Shown: positions 1 to 8,800 of the stretch, piece after piece
Position numbering within the stretch: position 1 is the stretch's first letter
Layout of the letters: every line of letters starts with the position of its first letter
Origin: Utricularia gibba
Lineage: Eukaryota; Plantae; Magnoliophyta
Direction of reading: 5' to 3'
DNA length: 16,185 nt
Assembly (NCBI GenBank): GCA_002189035.1
Contig: NEEC01000414.1
Span: 1 to 16,185, forward strand
Position numbers and translations under genes: made by a program
The notes under the pieces: model-generated
Database searches by the model: none
The model's input: only the letters and a program-made list of their open reading frames with translations
Told to the model about the DNA's origin: nothing

Positions 1-1916
1 TTGTAGGAAGCCCCTGAAAACCGAACGTTAATAAGTGCATCGCTTTAGTTGCCAGGCTACAACTAACTTTCGGCCCTAACCCAACCTGACCTTTGTCCCG
101 TTCTAGGTGCCCCCAAGACCGCCTCCTCAAGTATAAAGTAAGTTGTTGAAAAAAATCATGTGGGGTGCACGTGACATCTTACTTTAAACAAATGCATCAT
201 TATTTTCGTCGACTCGCACCCGGTTGGGCTCATGAGCCGGACGAACGCAGCGCCGGACCAAGTGCCCAGTGAGAGTGGCCGACACAAAACGAGAAGTTGT
301 TCCTTGAAAAAACTTGTAGGAAGCCCTGAAAACCGAACGTTAATAAGTGCATCGCTTTAGTTGCCAGGCTACAACTAACTTTCGGCCCTAACCCAACCTG
401 ACCTTTGTCCCTTCTAGGTGCCCCCCAAGACCGCCTCCTCAAGTATAAAGTAAGTTGTTGAAAAATCATGTGGGGTGCACGTGACATCTTACTTTAAACA
501 AATGCATCATTATTTTCGTCGACTCGCACCGGTTGGGCTCATGAGCCGGACCGAACGCAGCGCCGGACCAAGTGCCCAGTGAGAGTGGCCGACACAAAAC
601 GAGAAGTTGTTCCTTGAAAAACCTTGTAGGAAGCCCCTGAAAACCGAACGTTAATAAGTGCATCGCTTTAGTTGCCAGGCTACAACTAACTTTCGGCCCT
701 AACCCAACCTGACCTTTGTCCCGTTCTAGGTGCCCCCAAGACCGCCTCCTCAAGTATAAAGTAAGTTGTTGAAAAAATCATGTGGGGTGCACGTGACATC
801 TTACTTTAAACAAATGCATCATTATTTTCGTCGACTCGCACCCGGTTGGGCTCATGAGCCGGACCGAACGCAGCGCCGGACCAAGTGCCCAGTGAGAGTG
901 GCCGACACAAAACGAGAAGTTGTTCCTTGAAAAACCTTGTAGGAAGCCCCTGAAAACCGAACGTTAATAAGTGCATCGCTTTAGTTGCCAGGCTACAACT
1001 AACTTTCGGCCCTAACCCAACCTGACCTTTGTCCCGTTCTAGGTGCCCCCAAGACCGCCTCCTCAAGTATAAAGTAAGTTGTTGAAAAAATCATGTGGGG
1101 TGCACGTGACATCTTACTTTAAACAAATGCATCATTATTTTCGTCGACTCGCACCCGGTTGGGCTCATGAGCCGGACCGAACGCAGCGCCGGACCAAGTG
1201 CCCAGTGAGAGTGGCCGACACAAACGAGAAGTTGTTCCTTGAAAAACCTTGTAGGAAGCCCCTGAAAACCGAACGTTAATAAGTGCATCGCTTTAGTTGC
1301 CAGGCTACAACTAACTTTCGGCCCTAACCCAACCTGACCTTTGTCCCTTCTAGGTGCCCCCAAGACCGCCTCCTCAAGTATAAAGTAAGTTGTTGAAAAA
1401 ATCATGTGGGGTGCACGTGACATCTTACTTTAAACAAATGCATCATTATTTTCGTCGACTCGCACCCGGTTGGGCTCATGAGCCGGACCGAACGCAGCGC
1501 CGGACCAAGTGCCCAGTGAGAGTGGCCGACACAAAACGAGAAGTTGTTCCTTGAAAAACCTTGTAGGAAGCCCTGAAAACCGAACGTTAATAAGTGCATC
1601 GCTTTAGTTGCCAGGCTACAACTAACTTTCGGCCCTAACCCAACCTGACCTTTGTCCCGTTCTAGGTGCCCCCCAAGACCGCCTCCTCAAGTATAAAGTA
1701 AGTTGTTGAAAAAATCATGTGGGTGCACGTGACATCTTACTTTAAACAAATGCATCATTATTTTCGTCGACTCGCACCCGGTTGGGCTCATGAGCCGGAC
1801 CGAACGCAGCGCCGGACCAAGTGCCCAGTGAGAGTGGCCGACACAAAACGAGAAGTTGTTCCTTGAAAAACCTTGTAGGAAGCCCCTGAAAACCGAACGT
1901 TAATAAGTGCATCGCT

Positions 1917-1938
1917 TTAGTTGCCAGGCTACAACTAA
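1917..1938. repeat. Inverted repeat, 7-bp arms with 8-nt spacer (once per unit)
   Basis: TTAGTTG-ccaggcta-CAACTAA. The arms are exact reverse complements. Function unknown. Confidence 0.85.
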
Positions 1939-2016
1939 CTTTCGGCCCTAACCCAACCTGACCTTTGTCCCGTTCTAGGTGCCCCCCAAGACCGCCTCCT
2001 CAAGTATAAAGTAAGT
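1935..2016 (+). other. Splice-like module: branch-point motifs, pyrimidine tract, AG, 32-nt segment, GTAAGT
   Basis: CTAAC (1935, 1948), CTGAC (1958), CTTTGTCCCGTTCTAG|G (AG at 1977-1978), no AG in 1928-1976, and AAA|GTAAGT (2011-2016). Motif match only. Confidence 0.25.
1946..1963 (-). repeat. Short degenerate telomere-like G-rich tract (once per unit)
   Basis: The minus strand reads GG-TCAGG-TTGGG-TTAGGG (plus strand CCCTAACCCAACCTGACC). The motif is seen directly; any telomeric origin is inference. Confidence 0.35.
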
Positions 2017-2027
2017 TGTTGAAAAAA

Positions 2028-2047
2028 TCATGTGGGGTGCACGTGAC
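2028..2047. promoter_or_regulatory. Candidate pair of bHLH-ZIP E-boxes (TCATGTG and CACGTGAC)
   Basis: TCATGTG at 2028-2034 and CACGTGAC at 2040-2047 (GTCACGTG on minus). Motif match only; no binding evidence. Confidence 0.25.
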
Positions 2048-2092
2048 ATCTTACTTTAAACAAATGCATCATTATTTTCGTCGACTCGCACC

Positions 2093-2116
2093 CGGTTGGG
2101 CTCATGAGCCGGACCG
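2093..2116. repeat. 24-bp imperfect palindrome with a perfect 12-bp core (once per unit)
   Basis: CGGTTGGGCTCA|TGAGCCGGACCG has 10 of 12 positions Watson-Crick complementary. The core GGCTCATGAGCC (2099-2110) is a perfect palindrome. Confidence 0.9.
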
Positions 2117-2166
2117 AACGCAGCGCCGGACCAAGTGCCCAGTGAGAGTGGCCGACACAAAACGAG

Positions 2167-2326
2167 AAGTTGTTCCTTGAAAAACCTTGTAGGAAGCCCC
2201 TGAAAACCGAACGTTAATAAGTGCATCGCTTTAGTTGCCAGGCTACAACTAACTTTCGGCCCTAACCCAACCTGACCTTTGTCCCGTTCTAGGTGCCCCC
2301 CAAGACCGCCTCCTCAAGTATAAAGT
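2167..2326 (+). repeat. Sub-monomer B (160 bp) of the internal ~157-bp dimer
   Basis: Begins AAGTTGTT-CCTT-GAAAAA-CCTTGTAGGAAGCCCCTGAAAAC...TGCATC. It shows 26/43 ungapped identities to A after the A-tract and 24/42 in a second block ending GTGCCC. Confidence 0.8.
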
Positions 2327-2500
2327 AAGTTGTTGAAAAAATCATGTGGGGTGCACGTGACATCTTACTTTAAACAAATGCATCATTATTTTCGTCGACT
2401 CGCACCCGGTTGGGCTCATGAGCCGGACCGAACGCAGCGCCGGACCAAGTGCCCAGTGAGAGTGGCCGACACAAAACGAGAAGTTGTTCCTTGAAAAACC

Positions 2501-2777
2501 TTGTAGGAAGCCCCTGAAAACCGAACGTTAATAAGTGCATCGCTTTAGTTGCCAGGCTACAACTAACTTTCGGCCTAACCCAACCTGACCTTTGTCCCGT
2601 TCTAGGTGCCCCCCAAGACCGCCTCCTCAAGTATAAAGTAAGTTGTTGAAAAAATCATGTGGGGTGCACGTGACATCTTACTTTAAACAAATGCATCATT
2701 ATTTTCGTCGACTCGCACCCGGTTGGGCTCATGAGCCGGACCGAACGCAGCGCGAGAAAGTTGTTCCTTGAAAAACC
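2501..2777 (+). repeat. Truncated unit (copy 9, 277 bp) with a 37-bp internal deletion
   Basis: Reads GAACGCAGCGC|GAGAAAGTTG at ~2753/2754. CGGACCAAGTGCCCAGTGAGAGTGGCCGACACAAAAC is missing. Confidence 0.95.
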
Positions 2778-5599
2778 TTGTAGGAAGCCCCTGAAAACCG
2801 AACGTTAATAAGTGCATCGCTTTAGTTGCCAGGCTACAACTAACTTTCGGCCCTAACCCAACCTGACCTTTGTCCCGTTCTAGGTGCCCCCCAAGACCGC
2901 CTCCTCAAGTATAAAGTAAGTTGTTGAAAAAATCATGTGGGGTGCACGTGACATCTTACTTTAAACAAATGCATCATTATTTTCGTCGACTCGCACCGGT
3001 TGGGCTCATGAGCCGGACCGAACGCAGCGCCGGACCAAGTGCCCAGTGAGAGTGGCCGACACAAAACGAGAAGTTGTTCCTTGAAAAACCTTGTAGGAAG
3101 CCCCTGAAAACCGAACGTTAATAAGTGCATCGCTTTAGTTGCCAGGCTACAACTAACTTTCGGCCCTAACCCAACCTGACCTTTGTCCCGTTCTAGGTGC
3201 CCCCCAAGACCGCCTCCTCAAGTATAAAGTAAGTTGTTGAAAAAATCATGTGGGGTGCACGTGACATCTTACTTTAAACAAATGCATCATTATTTTCGTC
3301 GACTCGCACCCGGTTGGGCTCATGAGCCGGACCGAACGCAGCGCCGGACCAAGTGCCCAGTGAGAGTGGCCGACACAAACGAGAAGTTGTTCCTTGAAAA
3401 ACCTTGTAGGAAGCCCCTGAAAACCGAACGTTAATAAGTGCATCGCTTTAGTTGCCAGGCTACAACTAACTTTCGGCCCTAACCCAACCTGACCTTTGTC
3501 CCGTTCTAGGTGCCCCCCAAGACCGCCTCCTCAAGTATAAAGTAAGTTGTTGAAAAAATCATGTGGGGTGCACGTGACATCTTACTTTAAACAAAATGCA
3601 TCATTATTTTCGTCGACTCGCACCCGGTTGGGCTCATGAGCCGGACCGAACGCAGCGCCGGACCAAGTGCCCCAGTGAGAGTGGCCGACACAAAACGAGA
3701 AGTTGTTCCTTGAAAAACCTTGTAGGAAGCCCCTGAAAACCGAACGTTAATAAGTGCATCGCTTTAGTTGCCAGGCTACAACTAACTTTCGGCCCTAACC
3801 CAACCTGACCTTTGTCCCGTTCTAGGTGCCCCCAAGACCGCCTCCTCAAGTATAAAGTAAGTTGTTGAAAAAATCATGTGGGGTGCACGTGACATCTTAC
3901 TTTAAACAAATGCATCATTATTTTCGTCGACTCGCACCCGGTTGGGCTCATGAGCCGGACCGAACGCAGCGCCGGACCAAGTGCCCAGTGAGAGTGGCCG
4001 ACACAAAACGAGAAGTTGTTCCTTGAAAAACCTTGTAGGAAGCCCCTGAAACCGAACGTTAATAAGTGCATCGCTTTAGTTGCCAGGCTACAACTAACTT
4101 TCGGCCCTAACCCAACCTGACCTTTGTCCCGTTCTAGGTGCCCCCCAAGACCGCCTCCTCAAGTATAAAGTAAGTTGTTGAAAAAATCATGTGGGGTGCA
4201 CGTGACATCTTACTTTAAACAAATGCATCATTATTTTCGTCGACTCGCACCCGGTTGGGCTCATGAGCCGGACCGAACGCAGCGCCGGACCAAGTGCCCA
4301 GTGAGAGTGGCCGACACAAACGAGAAGTTGTTCCTTGAAAAACTTGTAGGAAGCCCCTGAAAACCGAACGTTAATAAGTGCATCGCTTTAGTTGCCAGGC
4401 TACAACTAACTTTCGGCCCTAACCCAACCTGACCTTTGTCCCGTTCTAGGTGCCCCCAAGACCGCCTCCTCAAGTATAAAGTAAGTTGTTGTGAAAAAAT
4501 CATGTGGGGTGCACGTGACATCTTACTTTAAACAAATGCATCATTATTTTCGTCGACTCGCACCCGGTTGGGCTCATGAGCCGGACCGAACGCAGCGCCG
4601 GACCAAGTGCCCAGTGAGAGTGGCCGACACAAAACGAGAAGTTGTTCCTTGAAAAACCTTGTAGGAAGCCCCTGAAAACCGAACGTTAATAAGTGCATCG
4701 CTTTAGTTGCCAGGCTACAACTAACTTTCGGCCCTAACCCAACCTGACCTTTGTCCCGTTCTAGGTGCCCCCCAAGACCGCCTCCTCAAGTATAAAGTAA
4801 GTTGTTGAAAAAATCATGTGGGGTGCACGTGACATCTTACTTTAAACAAATGCATCATTATTTTCGTCGACTCGCACCCGGTTGGGCTCATGAGCCGGAC
4901 CGAACGCAGCGCCGGACCAAGTGCCCAGTGAGAGTGGCCGACACAAAACGAGAAGTTGTTCCTTGAAAAACCTTGTAGGAAGCCCCTGAAAACCGAACGT
5001 TAATAAGTGCATCGCTTTAGTTGCCAGGCTACAACTAACTTTCGGCCCTAACCCAACCTGACCTTTGTCCCGTTCTAGGTGCCCCCCAAGACCGCCTCCT
5101 CAAGTATAAAGTAAGTTGTTGAAAAAATCATGTGGGGTGCACGTGACATCTTACTTTAAACAAATGCATCATTATTTTCGTCGACTCGCACCGGTTGGGC
5201 TCATGAGCCGGACCGAACGCAGCGCCGGACCAAGTGCCCAGTGAGAGTGGCCGACACAAAACGAGAAGTTGTTCCTTGAAAAACCTTGTAGGAAGCCCCT
5301 GAAAACCGAACGTTAATAAGTGCATCGCTTTAGTTGCCAGGCTACAACTAACTTTCGGCCCTAACCCAACCTGACCTTTGTCCCGTTCTAGGTGCCCCCC
5401 AAGACCGCCTCCTCAAGTATAAAGTAAGTTGTTGAAAAAATCATGTGGGGTGCACGTGACATCTTACTTTAAACAAATGCATCATTATTTTCGTCGACTC
5501 GCACCGGTTGGGCTCATGAGCCGGACCGAACGCAGCGCCGGACCAAAGTGCCCAGTGAGAGTGGCCGACACAAAACGAGAAGTTGTTCCTTGAAAAACC

Positions 5600-5867
5600 T
5601 TGTAGGAAGCCCCTGAAAACCGAACGTTAATAAGTGCATCGCTTTAGTTGCCAGGCTACAACTAACTTTCGGCCCTAACCCAACCTGACCTTTGTCCCGT
5701 TCTAGGTGCCCCCCAAGACCGCCTCCTCAAGTATAAAGTAAGTTGTTGAAAAAATCATGTGGGGTGCACGTGACATCTTACTTTAAACAAATGCATCATT
5801 ATTTTCGTCGACTCGCACCCGGTTGGGCTCATGAGCCGGACCGAACGCAGTTGTTCCTTGAAAAACC
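5600..5867 (+). repeat. Truncated unit (copy 19, 268 bp) with a 46-bp internal deletion
   Basis: Reads GAACGCAG|TTGTTCC at 5850/5851. CGCCGGACC...AAAACGAGAAG is missing, with a 2-bp AG microhomology at the junction. Confidence 0.95.
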
Positions 5868-8800
5868 TTGTAGGAAGCCCCTGAAAACCGAACGTTAATA
5901 AGTGCATCGCTTTAGTTGCCAGGCTACAACTAACTTTCGGCCCTAACCCAACCTGACCTTTGTCCCGTTCTAGGTGCCCCCCAAGACCGCCTCCTCAAGT
6001 ATAAAGTAAGTTGTTGAAAAAATCATGTGGGGTGCACGTGACATCTTACTTTAAACAAATGCATCATTATTTTCGTCGACTCGCACCCGGTTGGGCTCAT
6101 GAGCCGGACCGAACGCAGCGCCGGACCAAGTGCCCAGTGAGAGTGGCCGACACAAAACGAGAAGTTGTTCCTTGAAAAACCTTGTAGGAAGCCCCTGAAA
6201 ACCGAACGTTAATAAGTGCATCGCTTTAGTTGCCAGGCTACAACTAACTTTCGGCCCTAACCCAACCTGACCTTTGTCCCGTTCTAGGTGCCCCCCAAGA
6301 CCGCCTCCTCAAGTATAAAGTAAGTTGTTGAAAAAATCATGTGGGGTGCACGTGACATCTTACTTTAAACAAATGCATCATTATTTTCGTCGACTCGCAC
6401 CCGGTTGGGCTCATGAGCCGGACCGAACGCAGCGCCGGACCAAGTGCCCAGTGAGAGTGGCCGACACAAAACGAGAAGTTGTTCCTTGAAAAACCTTGTA
6501 GGAAGCCCCTGAAAACCGAACGTTAATAAGTGCATCGCTTTAGTTGCCAGGCTACAACTAACTTTCGGCCCTAACCCAACCTGACCTTTGTCCCGTTCTA
6601 GGTGCCCCCCAAGACCGCCTCCTCAAGTATAAAGTAAGTTGTTGAAAAAATCATGTGGGGTGCACGTGACATCTTACTTTAAACAAATGCATCATTATTT
6701 TCGTCGACTCGCACCCGGTTGGGCTCATGAGCCGGACCGAACGCAGCGCCGGACCAAGTGCCCAGTGAGAGTGGCCGACACAAAACGAGAAGTTGTTCCT
6801 TGAAAAACCTTGTAGGAAGCCCCTGAAAACCGAACGTTAATAAGTGCATCGCTTTAGTTGCCAGGCTACAACTAACTTTCGGCCCTAACCCAACCTGACC
6901 TTTGTCCCGTTCTAGGTGCCCCCCAACCGCCTCCTCAAGTATAAAGTAAGTTGTTGAAAAAATCATGTGGGGTGCACGTGACATCTTACTTTAAACAAAT
7001 GCATCATTATTTTCGTCGACTCGCACCCGGTTGGGCTCATGAGCCGGACCGAACGCAGCGCCGGACCAAGTGCCCAGTGAGAGTGGCCGACACAAAACGA
7101 GAAGTTGTTCCTTGAAAAACTTGTAGGAAGCCCCTGAAAACCGAACGTTAATAAGTGCATCGCTTTAGTTGCCAGGCTACAACTAACTTTCGGCCCTAAC
7201 CCAACCTGACCTTTGTCCCGTTCTAGGTGCCCCCCAAGACCGCCTCCTCAAGTATAAAGTAAGTTGTTGAAAAAATCATGTGGGGTGCACGTGACATCTT
7301 ACTTTAAACAAATGCATCATTATTTTCGTCGACTCGCACCCGGTTGGGCTCATGAGCCGGACCGAACGCAGCGCCGGACCAAGTGCCCAGTGAGAGTGGC
7401 CGACACAAAACGAGAAGTTGTTCCTTGAAAAACTTGTAGGAAGCCCCTGAAAACCGAACGTTAATAAGTGCATCGCTTTAGTTGCCAGGCTACAACTAAC
7501 TTTCGGCCCTAACCCAACCTGACTTTGTCCCGTTCTAGGTGCCCCCCAAGACCGCCTCCTCAAGTATAAAGTAAGTTGTTGAAAAAATCATGTGGGGTGC
7601 ACGTGACATCTTACTTTAAACAAATGCATCATTATTTTCGTCGACTCGCACCCGGTTGGGGCTCATGAGCCGGACCGAACGCAGCGCCGGACCAAGTGCC
7701 AGTGAGAGTGGCCGACACAAAACGAGAAGTTGTTCCTTGAAAAACCTTGTAGGAAGCCCCTGAAAACCGAACGTTAATAAGTGCATCGCTTTAGTTGCCA
7801 GGCTACAACTAACTTTCGGCCCTAACCCAACCTGACCTTTCCCGTTCTAGGTGCCCCAAGACCGCCTCCTCAAGTATAAAGTAAGTTGTTGAAAAAATCA
7901 TGTGGGGTGCACGTGACATCTTACTTTAAACAAATGCATCATTATTTTCGTCGACTCGCACCCGGTTGGGCTCATGAGCCGGACCGAACGCAGCGCCGGA
8001 CCAAGTGCCCAGTGAGAGTGGCCGACACAAAACGAGAAGTTGTTCCTTGAAAAACCTTGTAGGAAGCCCCTGAAAACCGAACGTTAATAAGTGCATCGCT
8101 TTAGTTGCCAGGCTACAACTAACTTTCGGCCTAACCCAACCTGACCTTTGTCCCGTTCTAGGTGCCCCCCAAGACCGCCTCCTCAAGTATAAAGTAAGTT
8201 GTTGAAAAAATCATGTGGGGTGCACGTGACATCTTACTTTAAACAAATGCATCATTATTTTCGTCGACTCGCACCCGGTTGGGCTCATGAGCCGGACCGA
8301 ACGCAGCGCCGGACCAAGTGCCCAGTGAGAGTGGCCGACACAAAACGAGAAGTTGTTCTTGAAAAACCTTGTAGGAAGCCCCTGAAAACCGAACGTTAAT
8401 AAGTGCATCGCTTTAGTTGCCAGGCTACAACTAACTTTCGGCCCTAACCCAACCTGACCTTTGTCCCGTTCTAGGTGCCCCCAAGACCGCCTCCTCAAGT
8501 ATAAAGTAAGTTGTTGAAAAAATCATGTGGGGTGCACGTGACATCTTACTTTAAACAAATGCATCATTATTTTCGTCGACTCGCACCCGGTTGGGCTCAT
8601 GAGCCGGACCGAACGCAGCGCCGGACCAAGTGCCCAGTGAGAGTGGCCGACACAAAACGAGAAGTTGTTCCTTGAAAAACCTTGTAGGAAGCCCCTGAAA
8701 ACCGAACGTTAATAAGTGCATCGCTTTAGTTGCCAGGCTACAACTAACTTTCGGCCCTAACCCAACCTGACCTTTGTCCCGTTCTAGGTGCCCCCCAAGA

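Larger units (their letters stand above)
2013..2166 (+). repeat. Sub-monomer A (154 bp) of the internal ~157-bp dimer
   Basis: Begins AAGTTGTT-GAAAAAA-TCATGTGGGGTGCACGTGACATC...TGCATC and aligns co-linearly with sub-monomer B at an offset of 154-158 bp. Confidence 0.8.
1873..2186 (+). repeat. Representative consensus-length repeat unit (copy 7, 314 bp)
   Basis: The next anchor is at 2187, giving a period of 314. By hand count 156/314 G+C (86 C, 70 G) and 18 CpG (observed/expected ~0.94). Single GTCGAC, GTGCAC, CACGTG, ATGCAT, TCATGA, AACGTT and TTTAAA sites per unit. Confidence 0.97.

Noticed and set aside
2005-2010. TATA box (TATAAA)
   Set aside because: An isolated hexamer with no downstream gene or other support.
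1933-2030. Spliced-leader RNA gene array (AACTAAC start, GTAAGT donor)
   Set aside because: No match to spliced-leader exons I know beyond 7 nt, and no Sm site (RAU4-6GR) downstream of the donor.
1968-2045. Kinetoplast minicircle conserved blocks (TCCCGTTC resembles CSB-2)
   Set aside because: The universal minicircle sequence GGGGTTGGTGTA is absent, and the CSB-1-like AGGGGCTTCC is on the opposite strand.
1939-2047. Yeast point centromere (CDEI GTCACGTG with CCGAAA ~95 bp away on the minus strand)
   Set aside because: The intervening DNA is about half GC rather than the >90% AT CDEII, and the CDEIII flanks do not match.
2077-2085. Apscaviroid central conserved region fragment (GTCGACGAA on minus strand)
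   Set aside because: Only 9 nt match, no lower-strand partner is seen, and I found no extended rod-like self-complementarity by eye.
2075-2100. CENP-B box (TTCG....A..CGGG)
   Set aside because: No TTCG or CCCG occurrence on either strand satisfies the conserved spacing.
2097-2141. Hammerhead-ribozyme look-alike: TGGG-CTCATGA-G(CCGGAC)C-GAAC...GTG-CCCA
   Set aside because: The layout recalls a minimal type I hammerhead, but three core positions fail in all copies: CUCAUGA instead of CUGANGA, GAAC instead of GAAA, and GUG instead of NUH. The minus-strand version also has CUCAUGA and a mis-spaced GAAA. An Infernal search or cleavage assay would settle it.
2056-2226. Consensus minus-strand 56-aa ORF (MHLLTFGFQG...NNDAFV) inside an 85-codon stop-free stretch
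   Set aside because: A stretch this long is unremarkable across six frames at 50% GC. 314 is not a multiple of 3 and every frame meets a stop, so there is no endless rolling-translation ORF. No recognisable motif.
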